Part shown: one piece after another, positions 1 to 10,124 of the stretch
Layout of the letters: each line of letters opens with the position of its first letter
Numbering within the stretch: position 1 is the first letter of the stretch
Source: Candidatus Bathyarchaeota archaeon
GTDB taxonomy: Archaea; Thermoproteota; Bathyarchaeia; 40CM-2-53-6
Reading direction: 5' to 3'
Length of the DNA: 64,000 nt
Assembly: GCA_963726255.1 (NCBI GenBank)
Contig: CAVSBL010000002.1
Coordinates: 1,312,001 to 1,376,000, forward strand
Made by a program: the position numbers and the translations under genes
Notes under the pieces: model-generated
What the model saw: the letters and a program-made list of their open reading frames with translations, nothing else
Database searches by the model: none
What the model was told of the DNA's origin: nothing

Positions 1-495
1 GTGGCCCAACTCGCGCTCTCCCGAGAAGAAGGCATAATCACTCAGCTGAAGGGCCGGTTCCCTGACGTTATCAAGGAAGGCAAGGTTGACCGAGCACGCC
101 GGGTAACAATCACCTTTGACAAAGACCACATCCAAGAACTTGCGAAATTCATGCGTGACGAAGCTGGATTCGACCACGTCAAAGGCATCGCAGGCATAGA
201 CTACCCAACACACAAGAAAATAGAAGTCTTATACTTCACGGCCTCGTTCTCGAAGCCGGACATTCAAGACCTTGTCGTCATTCTGAAAACGGAGGTGCCT
301 CGCGATAACCCATCGATCGCCTCTGTCGTCTCGATTTGGGAAAGCGCACATTTCCACGAGCGTGAGGCATTTGAAATGTTCGGGGTGAAGTTCGAGGGAC
401 ACCCAGACCTGAGAAAACTGCTCACATTGGATAATTGGGATGGGCCGCCGCCGATGTTGAAGGACATCAAATTCCCGGAGATGGGCCAGCGATGA
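1..495 (+). CDS. nuoC: NADH-quinone oxidoreductase (complex I-like) subunit C
   Basis: NuoC signature WESAHFHEREAFEMFGVKFEGHPDLRKLL; directly upstream of nuoD. Confidence 0.9.
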   Translation: MAQLALSREEGIITQLKGRFPDVIKEGKVDRARRVTITFDKDHIQELAKFMRDEAGFDHVKGIAGIDYPTHKKIEVLYFTASFSKPDIQDLVVILKTEVPRDNPSIASVVSIWESAHFHEREAFEMFGVKFEGHPDLRKLLTLDNWDGPPPMLKDIKFPEMGQR

Positions 496-1640
496 CAACA
501 ACCCTTTCCCAAGCAAAGCCCCCTCCCCCGCCCATTACTATCACTAAGACTGGGGAACCGTCGACTCTAGATGTGTCCGTGGGGCCGCAGCACCCAGGGT
601 CCGGCCATTTCCGCATGCTCATCCGGGTTGACGGGGACTACATCAAGAGCGTAGACGTCGACATAGGATATGTCCACCGAGGCTGCGAGAAAATCGCCGA
701 GTACCGAAACTACGTGAGCAACATCCCACACCTTGAGCGGCCATGCATCATAGACGCCATCCACCTAAACTGGGGCTACGTGCTCCCCGTTGAAGAACTC
801 CAAGGAGTCGAAGTCCCACCCCGCGGCCAATACATTTCAACCATCGCGGCCGAAATGAACCGCATAATGAGCCACCTGTATTGGTTGGCAATCAACGCCG
901 GAGTATTCTCTGGACACACAACAATTTTCATGTGGGCTTTCGGCGACCGAGACCTCTTCATAGAACTCGCAGAAATGCTGACAGGTGCACGCCTCACCTA
1001 CTCATTCCTCCCACCGGGCGGCCCACGGCGTGATTTGCCCTCAGGTTTCGCAGATAAACTCACAAAGTTGCTCGACTACTTTGAGAAGAGGCTTGTCGAG
1101 TACGACCGCATATTCTTCAGCAACCCACTCGTCATCGCACGCGCGAAAGGAATTGGCGTCCTCACACGGGAAGTAGCAATAAAGTTAGGCGTAGCAGGGC
1201 CTGTGCTGCGAGGCTCAGGCATTAAGTATGATGTTCGAAAAGTTGAACCGTACGGCGCATACGCCGACCTGGATTTTGAGATTCCAACCTACGAAGAAGG
1301 AGACTCCTACGCTAGGTTCATGGTCAGATTTGAAGAGATGAAGCAGAGCGTCAGGATTCTAAGGCAAGCGCTCGAGAAAATCCCGAAGGGGCCTATCGCA
1401 CGCAAAGCCCCGCTTGTCGCACCGGAAGGTGAAGCAACGGGCCGCGTTGAATCATCCCGCGGAGAATACGCGGTTATGGTGATGGGTGACAACAGCGACA
1501 AACCCTACCGAGTCAAAATCATGAACGCCTCGTTCCGAAACTTAGTCGCCCTACCTTACCTTATCCGCGACGTGCACGTTGCGGACATGCCAATCATCTA
1601 TGGCAGCTTGGATTACTGGCCGGTCGAGGCGGACAGGTAA
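492..1640 (+). CDS. nuoD: Complex I-like subunit D
   Basis: GPQHP, GYVHRGCEK, GPVLRGSG, ESSRGE and C-terminal EADR motifs; ATG at 492 overlaps the nuoC stop (ATGA). Confidence 0.9.
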   Translation: MTTTLSQAKPPPPPITITKTGEPSTLDVSVGPQHPGSGHFRMLIRVDGDYIKSVDVDIGYVHRGCEKIAEYRNYVSNIPHLERPCIIDAIHLNWGYVLPVEELQGVEVPPRGQYISTIAAEMNRIMSHLYWLAINAGVFSGHTTIFMWAFGDRDLFIELAEMLTGARLTYSFLPPGGPRRDLPSGFADKLTKLLDYFEKRLVEYDRIFFSNPLVIARAKGIGVLTREVAIKLGVAGPVLRGSGIKYDVRKVEPYGAYADLDFEIPTYEEGDSYARFMVRFEEMKQSVRILRQALEKIPKGPIARKAPLVAPEGEATGRVESSRGEYAVMVMGDNSDKPYRVKIMNASFRNLVALPYLIRDVHVADMPIIYGSLDYWPVEADR

Positions 1641-1655
1641 CTGGAGCGACTGAAG

Positions 1656-2138
1656 ATGAGCATGGTATTCGGGGCAATGTATGAAGGAATCAAACACATC
1701 TTCAAGCGAACATTCACCATGAAATACCCCTACCAGAAGATCCTCCTTCCGAAAGGGTTCAGGGGACGACACCAGCTCTACATGGACAAATGCACCGGTT
1801 GCGGAATCTGCGCGTGGATCTGCCCCGAAAGATGCATCAGCATGGTCCCAGTAACCGACCAAAAGGAATATCCGCAAAACCCCGAAAAACGATTCCCACA
1901 ATACTGGTACGCCCGTTGCTGTTTTTGCCATTTTTGCACAGATTACTGTCCGACGGGGGCGCTAGATTACACGCCTGATTACGAGTTGGCTGAGTATGAT
2001 CGTGAGTTGCTTCTCTGGAGTCCGGAACGACTCTCGAGGCCAGCAACTAATATCGGAACCTACCAGTCTGTTTTCCACGGCGACAAGGGCAGCATGGGTG
2101 TCACCTACGAGCCCGTCAGCAAGCAGAAAGCGCAGTGA
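1656..2138 (+). CDS. nuoI: Complex I-like 2x[4Fe-4S] subunit I
   Basis: TMKYP, FRGRH, CTGCGICAWICP and CCFCHFCTDYCP. Confidence 0.9.
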   Translation: MSMVFGAMYEGIKHIFKRTFTMKYPYQKILLPKGFRGRHQLYMDKCTGCGICAWICPERCISMVPVTDQKEYPQNPEKRFPQYWYARCCFCHFCTDYCPTGALDYTPDYELAEYDRELLLWSPERLSRPATNIGTYQSVFHGDKGSMGVTYEPVSKQKAQ

Positions 2139-2294
2139 CTGCGCACTAAAATTGAAATTCCAGTTCGCACTTCTACAGTTAGAGAACATTGCCAGACGTC
2201 ACTGACCAAATTCAGCGTAAGTTCGAAAAGAGGACTAAGGCACGCAAGCGTACGCGCGGCCCGTACAGGAAATCGTCTCCGCTTCCATTCTGAC

Positions 2295-2314
2295 TTTTTA
2301 TAACGTACGTCATA
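2295..2314 (+). promoter_or_regulatory. TATA-like box (TTTATAA) overlapping a pseudo-palindromic motif upstream of sufC
   Basis: TTTTTATAACGTACGTCATA; a near-identical motif recurs upstream of sufB at 3173-3192. Confidence 0.4.
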
Positions 2315-2366
2315 CTTAATAGCTACAGCTAAGTTCTACCGCACAAAACTTCCGATGTGACGCATA

Positions 2367-3164
2367 ATGCCAACTACGCTCGAAATCAAAGACCTCCACG
2401 TCAGCATTGCAGGCAAGCAGATCCTGAAAGGAGTCAACTTGAAGGTAACGCAAGGCGAGGTCCACGCGGTCATGGGCCCGAACGGGTCCGGCAAGAGCAC
2501 CTTAGCGAACACGCTCATGGGCCACCCAAAATACAAGGTGGACAGCGGCGACATTCTAGTCAACGGGGAAAGTATCGTCAGCCTAACCCCCGACGCCCGT
2601 GCGAAGAAAGGCCTCTTCTTAGCCTTCCAGTACCCGCTTGAAATCTCAGGCGTCCCACTCGCGCAGTTCCTCCGCTCCGCCTACAGAGCGATGAAAGGAG
2701 ATGCGCAGAAAACGCCTGACGCGAAAGGTGTCGGCGGCGAGATGATCTCCGCCCTCGCCTTCAAGAAAAAACTTGAAGAGAAGTTGAAGGAGGTTGACAT
2801 GGACCCCTCCTTCGCGAAACGTTACTTGAACGAAGGATTCTCCGGCGGCGAGAAGAAGCGGGCTGAGGTCCTGCAGATGGCAATCCTGCAACCCGCAATT
2901 GCGATTATGGATGAAACTGATTCAGGGTTGGATATTGATGCGGTTCGGAAGGTGGCTGAGGTTGTTGCCCACATGGCCGGGCCGGAGATGGGCGTGCTTC
3001 TAATAACGCATTACCAGCGGATTCTGGACTACATAAAACCCCAATTCGTCCATGTGATGGTGAACGGCCGCATATTCCGCTCCGGAGGACCGGAATTAGC
3101 CAAAATGCTGGAAGAAAGGGGTTACTCGTGGGTGGAACAAGAGGCTGCAGCTACTGCTTCTTGA
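2367..3164 (+). CDS. sufC: Fe-S cluster assembly ATPase SufC
   Basis: GPNGSGKST, LNEGFSGGEKKR, DETDSGLDID, ITHYQRIL. Confidence 0.97.
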   Translation: MPTTLEIKDLHVSIAGKQILKGVNLKVTQGEVHAVMGPNGSGKSTLANTLMGHPKYKVDSGDILVNGESIVSLTPDARAKKGLFLAFQYPLEISGVPLAQFLRSAYRAMKGDAQKTPDAKGVGGEMISALAFKKKLEEKLKEVDMDPSFAKRYLNEGFSGGEKKRAEVLQMAILQPAIAIMDETDSGLDIDAVRKVAEVVAHMAGPEMGVLLITHYQRILDYIKPQFVHVMVNGRIFRSGGPELAKMLEERGYSWVEQEAAATAS

Positions 3165-3172
3165 AAGGAACG

Positions 3173-3192
3173 CTTATTACGTATGTCATAAG
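3173..3192 (+). promoter_or_regulatory. Imperfect palindrome upstream of sufB (putative operator)
   Basis: CTTATTAC-GTAT-GTCATAAG, 7/8 inverted match. Confidence 0.35.
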
Positions 3193-3210
3193 AGAGGTTG
3201 TTGATTCGCT

Positions 3211-4614
3211 TTGGCAACTAAGCAGACCCTAGATATTGACTATACCAAGTACAATTTCAGAGACTCCACTGAGGATTACGAGTACAAGTTTCCGAAGGGC
3301 CTAACGCGAGAGGTTGTCGAGAAGATCTCTGGCATAAAGAAGGAACCTGACTGGATGCGCCAGTTCAGGCTGCGGGCTTACGACCATTTCGTCAAGAGAC
3401 CGTTGCCCATGTGGGGCGGCGACCTGACCACCCTCAAATTCGATGACATGTTATACTACGCCAGCCCAACAGAGAAGAAGAGCCGCTCATGGGAAGATGT
3501 CCCGTCGTACATTAAGGACACATTCGATAAGCTGGGCATACCTGAAGCTGAGAGAAAATTCCTCGGCGGCGTGGGCGCCCAGTACGAATCCGAAGTCGTA
3601 TACCACAGCCTCAGAGAAGACCTAGCGAAGAAAGGCATCATTTTCACAGACACCGACACCGCGCTGCGGGAGTACCCTGAAATCTTCAAGAAATATTTCG
3701 GGACGGTAGTCCCACCTGAAGATAACAAGTTCGCAGCACTGAATAGCGCGGTTTGGAGCGGTGGAAGTTTCATCTACGTGCCCCCAGGCGTCAACGTCGA
3801 AGTGCCACTCCAGGCATACTTCAGAATTAACACGCAAAACATGGGACAATTCGAACGAACACTGATCATAGCTGATGAGAACAGCCGGGTGCACTACATA
3901 GAAGGCTGTACAGCCCCAATCTACTCAACGGACTCACTTCACTCAGCCGTGGTCGAAATTATAGCGCGACCAGGCGCGTACGTACGTTACACTACGATCC
4001 AGAATTGGTCGAATGACGTTTACAACCTAGTTACGAAGCGAGCGTACGCATATGCTAACGCAACTGTTGAATGGGTTGACGGAAACCTTGGCAGCAAACT
4101 CACAATGAAGTACCCGTCCATCTACTTGCTCGGCCCAGGAGCGAAAGGCGAAATTCTCTCAGTCGCTTTCGCAGGTAAGGGCCAGCACCAAGACGCGGGC
4201 GGCAAAGTTGTACACCTCGCCCCACACACTACTTCCAGAATCACTTCCAAGTCCGTTTCCAAAGATGGCGGGAGAACAACTTACCGAGGCCTACTACACG
4301 TCGCTAAGGGAGCTAAGGGGGTCAAGTCGACCGTACGATGCGACGCACTACTACTCGACGAATACTCAAGGACCGACACTTATCCATACAACGAGATCAA
4401 CGAAGACGACGCGACGACATCCCACGAGGCAACGGTTGGCAAGATCGGAGACGACCAGCTCTTCTACTTGATGTCCCGGGGCCTCTCCGAGCAAGAAGCA
4501 CTTAGCATGATCGTCATGGGCTTCATGGAACCATTCACCAAGGAACTGCCGATGGAATATGCGATCGAATTGAACAGGCTCATCCAAATGGAAATGGCCG
4601 GCTCCGTCGGCTAG
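3211..4614 (+). CDS. sufB: Fe-S cluster assembly scaffold SufB
   Basis: [48 protein letters not shown]. Confidence 0.97.
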   Translation: MATKQTLDIDYTKYNFRDSTEDYEYKFPKGLTREVVEKISGIKKEPDWMRQFRLRAYDHFVKRPLPMWGGDLTTLKFDDMLYYASPTEKKSRSWEDVPSYIKDTFDKLGIPEAERKFLGGVGAQYESEVVYHSLREDLAKKGIIFTDTDTALREYPEIFKKYFGTVVPPEDNKFAALNSAVWSGGSFIYVPPGVNVEVPLQAYFRINTQNMGQFERTLIIADENSRVHYIEGCTAPIYSTDSLHSAVVEIIARPGAYVRYTTIQNWSNDVYNLVTKRAYAYANATVEWVDGNLGSKLTMKYPSIYLLGPGAKGEILSVAFAGKGQHQDAGGKVVHLAPHTTSRITSKSVSKDGGRTTYRGLLHVAKGAKGVKSTVRCDALLLDEYSRTDTYPYNEINEDDATTSHEATVGKIGDDQLFYLMSRGLSEQEALSMIVMGFMEPFTKELPMEYAIELNRLIQMEMAGSVG

Positions 4615-4676
4615 ACACCTCTTTTTTACCCACGTAACCCGTACCGGTACCCGTAACCTGAGAAGGTGTTCCAGCA

Positions 4677-6095
4677 ATGTCGGAGTTGACATTAACAAAC
4701 GCAAGCGAACAACACATCCGCTCCTTGGCGGAATCAAGGCAGGAACCCGAGTGGTTACGGGAATTTCGCATCAAATCACTCAACCTGTTTCGCAAGCTCC
4801 CAGCTGAGCTTTCGGACTTGTACACGAAGTATGTGGACCTAGCTGGCGTCGACTTCGAATCCGTCAGCTTAGCCACGTCAGAGCCGTCCAAGTCACAAAT
4901 TGAGAACGTAATGGGCAACCTGAAGTCTGACAGAGCTATCACAATATTCCAAATAGAATCGAAAACATTCCCAGCCGACCTTCCCGAGGCTCTCCGAAAG
5001 GAAGGCGTAGTCTTCACGGATATTGGTACTGCGATTCGCAGCGAACCAGAACTCTTCCGCCGCTATTTCTTGGAGAAAGTAATCCTCCCTGAGGATGATA
5101 AGTTCGCGGCATTGAACAATGCGCTCTTCACTTCAGGATTCTATTTGCATGTCCCGAAGGGCATTGAAGTAACCGTGCCATTCAGAGTTGTAACCATCCT
5201 CGATTCTGAGGGGCAGGGGGTTTTCGCCCAGAACCTTGTAATGGCGGATAATCGGAGTAAGTTTACAATGCTCGAAGAGTTGTATTCGACTCGCTCAACA
5301 GGCCAGTCGAAGAAGTCCACGTACAGTGGGCTCTCTGAAGTCTACTTGCACGAAGGCGCAGAGGTCACCTACGGAAGCATAAACAACCTATCCCAAAATG
5401 TGAACATATTCTCGAACAAGAAATCAATTGGGGAACGGGATAGCAAGATCGTTTGGTCCACAGGATTGCTCGGAGGCGCATATACGAGGTCCCGCTTAGA
5501 GAGCTTGATGAAGGGATCCGGCGCATCCTCAGAGAATGTGGAAGTTGTGTTCGGTGCCGGGACGCAACGTTTCGACACGGTCTCAAACATAACCCATAGC
5601 GGGCCAAATACTAGCGGCCACGCAATTTCAAAAGGTGTTGTCAAGGATAAGGCAAAGGCGATCTTCAAGGGCATGATCCGAATCGAGGAGAACGCTAAGA
5701 ACTCGCGGGCTTACCTGGCAGAACACGCGATGATACTCAGCAAAGATGCCCTAGCCGACGCCATACCCGGCCTCGAGATCGAAACGAACGATGTGAAGGC
5801 CACGCATTCGGCGTCGGTTGCGCAAATCGATGAGGAAGAAATCTTCTACCTCAGGTCCAGGGGCCTATCCGAAGACGAAGCTAAGAAGCTAATCATAGTT
5901 GGATTCTTCGAACCACTCGTAGAACGAATCCCAGTCCCTGAGGTAGCGAAGCGAATTAGGCGAATCATCGACTTGAAATGGTCAGGCATCTACGACTTCG
6001 CCTCCAGCTTGACAGTCCCGGCGTTCGATGACGAATACTACGAAGAAGGACAGAAGACCCGCGACATATTCGAAGGACACTACAAATATCGGTAA
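4677..6095 (+). CDS. sufD: Fe-S cluster assembly protein SufD (SufB paralogue)
   Basis: PGLEIETNDVKATHSASVAQIDEEEIFYLRSRG; follows sufB. Confidence 0.93.
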   Translation: MSELTLTNASEQHIRSLAESRQEPEWLREFRIKSLNLFRKLPAELSDLYTKYVDLAGVDFESVSLATSEPSKSQIENVMGNLKSDRAITIFQIESKTFPADLPEALRKEGVVFTDIGTAIRSEPELFRRYFLEKVILPEDDKFAALNNALFTSGFYLHVPKGIEVTVPFRVVTILDSEGQGVFAQNLVMADNRSKFTMLEELYSTRSTGQSKKSTYSGLSEVYLHEGAEVTYGSINNLSQNVNIFSNKKSIGERDSKIVWSTGLLGGAYTRSRLESLMKGSGASSENVEVVFGAGTQRFDTVSNITHSGPNTSGHAISKGVVKDKAKAIFKGMIRIEENAKNSRAYLAEHAMILSKDALADAIPGLEIETNDVKATHSASVAQIDEEEIFYLRSRGLSEDEAKKLIIVGFFEPLVERIPVPEVAKRIRRIIDLKWSGIYDFASSLTVPAFDDEYYEEGQKTRDIFEGHYKYR

Positions 6096-6233
6096 TCGTG
6101 TAGTTGACCGGCATTTTCTGGTCGTGGTGAGTCTGCTGGTCGCGACCTTCGGTGGCCTCAGCTTCAATTTGTGAAAGAGTTAAATTTGAACTTGAAAGGT
6201 TGGAAGGTTGGTTGAGCTAGAAGAACGTATGCA

Positions 6234-7466
6234 ATGAAATATGTTGCGCTCTCTCTAACCGTTGCGCTGCTCCTAATGGGCAGTGCAGTTGCTCCCATGC
6301 TGTTGATTCCCGTCTCGCAAGCCCAACCGACCACGCTCCTCTCAGTTAACTTCACAGGAAGCTCGCTCCCCCAAGGTTGGTTCCTTCAAGGCTCAGCCAA
6401 ATTCATTGGTGGTTTGAATTCTTCATCAGGTTTCGGAGGAATCCAACTTGTCAACAATGACAGCCAGGCGGGGGCGGTCGTATATGGCAGCCCGTTCACG
6501 ACGCAGAATGTTGTCGTAGAATTCAGTGGCATGTATGAACCCGGCTCACCCTCCCTGCCCGAAGCAGATGACATAGGCCTAGGGTTTTACTCTGATGGCC
6601 CATCAGCCAATGTTGGCCCAGGAAATCCAGCCCCGGTTAACGGCTATTACGCGTCGTATGAGTTTTCAAATTTGCTTGGCTATACTAGCCAGTATTACTT
6701 GCCAAGTCTAATGTATAACGCTCACTCCTTGGCTTCCAACGGATCACGGTTTTTCCTTGGAGGGAGGTTGCCTTCAAGTGGTCGAAACTACTTATTCACG
6801 GCGACGATAGTGACCCCAACCTCAGTCTCCATGAACGCGCTAACCAGAACGGACAGCCCTTGGAGCCGGGAAACTTCGATAAGCCTCGATTGTCTTCGCA
6901 ACATGGTAACATACAACAATGCTACGGGGATTGACGGCTCTCATTCCACGCTTTATGTCGGCGGAGCAACATTTTCTGGTTTGTTCAGGAACCCCTGGTC
7001 CTATGAGTACGTGTACTGGTTGCGTATACTGAGTTACTCAACTACGCCTGCCACGAGCGCCGGTAGTTGCACCACGAGCAGTAGCACCTCGTCCTCACTT
7101 TCTTCGGCTGCCATTCAACCATCGACTACCCAGTCCGTCGCTCAGACCATAACCTCAACTCAACCGCCGCTTACCCAAACAGAGGCTGTTACCCCATCCT
7201 CTACTCAAACTGTGAATCAGACACAGACCACGCCACCGCCCGTGCTCAGCTCGGGGGGCGCCAGTAGCGTGCTCTTGTACGCGGTCATCGGGGCGGTGAT
7301 AGTAGCGGCCGTCGTGTTGGTTGGGGTCTTCCTGGTGCTGCGGAGGAGGGACCTCGGGGGACCTGCGAAGCCTACATCTGGCGCGCCCAAGCTTTGCAAC
7401 TCGTGTGGTAACCCACTCTCAGGGCCTGAACGGTTCTGCGATAGATGCGGTGCACAACAGGTTTAG
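6234..7466 (+). CDS. Secreted lectin-like protein with S/T/P linker, TM helix and cytoplasmic zinc ribbon
   Basis: Signal peptide; beta-rich domain; Ser/Thr-rich stalk; TM followed by RRR; CNSCG...FCDRCG. Confidence 0.7.
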   Translation: MKYVALSLTVALLLMGSAVAPMLLIPVSQAQPTTLLSVNFTGSSLPQGWFLQGSAKFIGGLNSSSGFGGIQLVNNDSQAGAVVYGSPFTTQNVVVEFSGMYEPGSPSLPEADDIGLGFYSDGPSANVGPGNPAPVNGYYASYEFSNLLGYTSQYYLPSLMYNAHSLASNGSRFFLGGRLPSSGRNYLFTATIVTPTSVSMNALTRTDSPWSRETSISLDCLRNMVTYNNATGIDGSHSTLYVGGATFSGLFRNPWSYEYVYWLRILSYSTTPATSAGSCTTSSSTSSSLSSAAIQPSTTQSVAQTITSTQPPLTQTEAVTPSSTQTVNQTQTTPPPVLSSGGASSVLLYAVIGAVIVAAVVLVGVFLVLRRRDLGGPAKPTSGAPKLCNSCGNPLSGPERFCDRCGAQQV

Positions 7467-7564
7467 TTGCCCGACTTCACAGCGCTAATCAAACGCTCAA
7501 CAATAATGGAGAACAAAGTTGCCAGAAAAATCAAAAATAAAAGAAAGGGTGATTTTGCACGGTT

Positions 7565-8185
7565 CTACTGCAGCATTGCGGTCAGGGTGACTGTGGCGGT
7601 TATGGGGACGCAGAGCGTCGCGGTGACGATGACCTGCCCGTTGATAGATGAAGCTGCGTTTGCTATTGGTTGCATGCTGAACGCATTTGAGGTCCCCGCC
7701 GAAGCCGCGATGGCCAAGTTACCTGCAGGATCTGTTAATTCTGCTGGGTTTGTGCACGTGGAGAAGTCGAAGGCACCGTATAATTGTCCTGCCTTAATGA
7801 TCGTGCCACTGCAAGTTGGCCCACTCAACCCTGCGAGGGTAACCCCAGCGGCAACGATGTCTTGGCTCTGCGGCGGCCTAAGGACAATCTGCAGCTGCTC
7901 AAGGTAGATGGGCCCAACCGTACTGTTGAGGTCGACATACAATGTGCGCCCAGTATTGAGTGCGGTAGTTTGGATTCGCACTACTCCATATTGGCTGAGT
8001 GGCTGAATTCCGCTTGAATTAGGCGTGATTGTTACTGTCGTAGTCACTGTCGTTGTCTCAGTCGTAGTAGACGGAACTTGTTGAGCATGATTGAAAGCTG
8101 AAACGGACTGTAAGGCGGCAATTGCAACGAGAAGCAGTAACAAAGCTACAGCCAGACTGGGCTTTTTCTGCCAGAACTTATTCAA
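7565..8185 (-). CDS. Hypothetical secreted protein
   Basis: Signal peptide, Thr-rich segment, beta-rich Cys-containing domain. Confidence 0.6.
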   Translation of the reverse strand: MNKFWQKKPSLAVALLLLLVAIAALQSVSAFNHAQQVPSTTTETTTVTTTVTITPNSSGIQPLSQYGVVRIQTTALNTGRTLYVDLNSTVGPIYLEQLQIVLRPPQSQDIVAAGVTLAGLSGPTCSGTIIKAGQLYGAFDFSTCTNPAELTDPAGNLAIAASAGTSNAFSMQPIANAASSINGQVIVTATLCVPITATVTLTAMLQ

Positions 8186-8345
8186 AGAACTCTCACTCCA
8201 TACACTACCGGATCATGTGTACCGTGTGAGTAAAAAACCTAGGTCAGTTCTAACCTTGGAGGCGACAAAGCAGGCGCTAACGCCAGTATCAGAGAACGAA
8301 TCGGTCAAGGTTAGAATACTCGAGTGAATTTGACTCGTCGTTTTA

Positions 8346-8377
8346 GTGCGTGGGGGTCACCTGGTGCGCACACACAC
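8346..8377 (+). repeat. Copy of the dispersed GTGTGTGGGTCAGCTGGTGCGCACACAC palindrome
   Basis: gtgcgtgggggtcacctggtgcgcacacacac, intergenic. Confidence 0.8.
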
Positions 8378-8416
8378 AAAAAGAGAAGGAAAAAAATCGT
8401 TGGAGCGTAGCTTTCG

Positions 8417-8692
8417 TTACCTGTAAGATTCTGCGTCCACCTTCGCCATCGGATACACTCCGTCTACTGGAAGCCCAGGGACTTTAGCGAGAACTTTGCG
8501 GATTGATTCAGCGTCTTTCGCGTCCCACTCGCAAAGTATCTTGGTCGCCTTTCCTTGCTCGTTCAGCTGTATCGTACCACCAATCCAATAGGCGTCCAAG
8601 GTGACATTGGCTTTGGCCATCTTGGCGAACACTCCAGCGTCCGCAATGGTTGCAGGTGACGGCAGCGTATGAGCCACTAGGAACTTTCCCAT
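8417..8692 (-). CDS. Small ferredoxin-like-fold protein (DUF4242-like)
   Basis: KFLVAH...KILCEWDAKDAESIRKVL pattern; strong GAGGAGGTG RBS. Confidence 0.6.
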   Translation of the reverse strand: MGKFLVAHTLPSPATIADAGVFAKMAKANVTLDAYWIGGTIQLNEQGKATKILCEWDAKDAESIRKVLAKVPGLPVDGVYPMAKVDAESYR

Positions 8693-8879
8693 CTCATTTC
8701 ACCTCCTCATGTCATAATCGATTAACTCAGCCAGAAGCAATAGTCACCCTGCAACGTAAAGACTTGACATAACATACGGAATTCTAGGCAGAACGCATGT
8801 CGGTTCGGATGGTGGGGGTGTCTCCTTTTTTGGAGCAAACTATGTTACTTTCCGTCTTCACGTGTGGGCTGCGGGGGGT

Positions 8880-8904
8880 ATTTATTCCTGAATTGGGAAT
8901 AAAT
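8880..8904. promoter_or_regulatory. Perfect 9-bp inverted repeat, putative operator of the wHTH/NTase pair
   Basis: ATTTATTCC-TGAATTG-GGAATAAAT immediately upstream of 8917. Confidence 0.55.
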
Positions 8905-8916
8905 TGGGTGGGGTGA

Positions 8917-9336
8917 TTGGTGGTGCGGATCGAGCTGGCTGCACGGGTTCTCTCGTGTTGCTTGGAGGCGGAGTTGTCTGTGTCGGAGCTGGTGGGGAAG
9001 ATGGGTGGAAGCCACGATAGAACTATGGCGCTTATCAAGGAACTGAAGGCGTGTAGCCTCCTGATGGCCGATACCCGAAGAAAACAAGGGCTGGGTCGAC
9101 CAAGACAGTACCTTCGTGCAACGCCAATTGGTAAACAGTTCGTGAAGGAATACAACCGCCTCAGCGGCCTGCCCCTTCGAAGCAATGAGAACGATGTCAA
9201 GAAGGCCCTACACCAGGCGGAACTGACAAGAAGGCTAGTTGAGAGCGGCATACCGCCGTATGCAAGATTCCAAGAGGTGAACGAACTTGCCCGGAACATC
9301 GCGAGCACTGCGAAAATTAAGCACGGCGCTCGATAA
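8917..9336 (+). CDS. Winged-helix protein (putative antitoxin/regulator)
   Basis: LSVSELV...GRPRQYLRATPIGK wHTH pattern; overlaps the NTase gene. Confidence 0.7.
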   Translation: MVVRIELAARVLSCCLEAELSVSELVGKMGGSHDRTMALIKELKACSLLMADTRRKQGLGRPRQYLRATPIGKQFVKEYNRLSGLPLRSNENDVKKALHQAELTRRLVESGIPPYARFQEVNELARNIASTAKIKHGAR

Positions 9337-9847
9337 CCTCTCCATACCGCACATGCTCATCGGAGGATTCGCCCTAGCAGCGTATGGGCAAATTCGAGCC
9401 ACCCAGGATGTGGATTTGGCTATCGCAGCGAATTACGAGAAGAGCGTTGAACTTCAAGGCAGCCTACGAAAATTGGGTTACCAGCTGGCCCCGGAGCCCC
9501 ACCCTGAGGCACCGCTCTTCTTTCTGACGGACCTTAAGGAAATGTTGGAAGTCGAAATGTGGACGAAACCTGACGGCGTTGTTTTCGATAGGGAAACTCT
9601 ACGCCGGCGTGTGAAAGTGCACCCCTTCGCCGACAGTTTCGAAATGTTCGCAATTGGCCCTGAAGACTTCATTGTAAACAAACTTGCCAGAAAAGACCGG
9701 GGGGTCCAAGATGAGCAGGACGCCGTCTCAGTTCTGGCAATGCAAAAAGGCAAACTCGACTATTCCTACCTTAGGAAGAGAGCGAAGCAAGCAAACGTAA
9801 TCGACCTGCTAGAGACATTAATGCAGACATCAAACACTTACCCATAA
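9287..9847 (+). CDS. Nucleotidyltransferase (DUF6036/AbiEii-like putative toxin)
   Basis: LIGGFALAAYG-IRATQDVDL, PEDFIVNKL...QDEQDA. Confidence 0.8.
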   Translation: MPGTSRALRKLSTALDNLSIPHMLIGGFALAAYGQIRATQDVDLAIAANYEKSVELQGSLRKLGYQLAPEPHPEAPLFFLTDLKEMLEVEMWTKPDGVVFDRETLRRRVKVHPFADSFEMFAIGPEDFIVNKLARKDRGVQDEQDAVSVLAMQKGKLDYSYLRKRAKQANVIDLLETLMQTSNTYP

Positions 9848-10124
9848 TCAACGACTCAACTCACGCCCTATGCGGCCGGGAAACGGGGCTTCGGTGGCAG
9901 TGTGAGCCTTGAGTTGTGGATGGTTTGATTATTCGTTCAGTGCGGGTTTTGGGTGCTGGTTTAGCGTAGACCAGGGGCTGTCGGCTGTGAGTCGCGACTT
10001 TGTCGCGGAGACGGGGTGATTTCGTGGTGACCCGGATGAGCCGCGACGAGCGAATTAATAGGGATGGCTCAGGGTCTCAAGGATGTCACCGAAACGTCAT
10101 GGTTTCGGCCGATATGAACTAGAC

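Noticed and set aside
4629-4658. Short CGTAACC repeats between sufB and sufD
   Set aside because: Too short and low-complexity to support a function
8784-9308. Long antisense or alternative-frame ORFs (e.g. 8784-9308, 26515-27072, 36261-36827, 57460-58026)
   Set aside because: Shadows of better-supported genes, with no motifs
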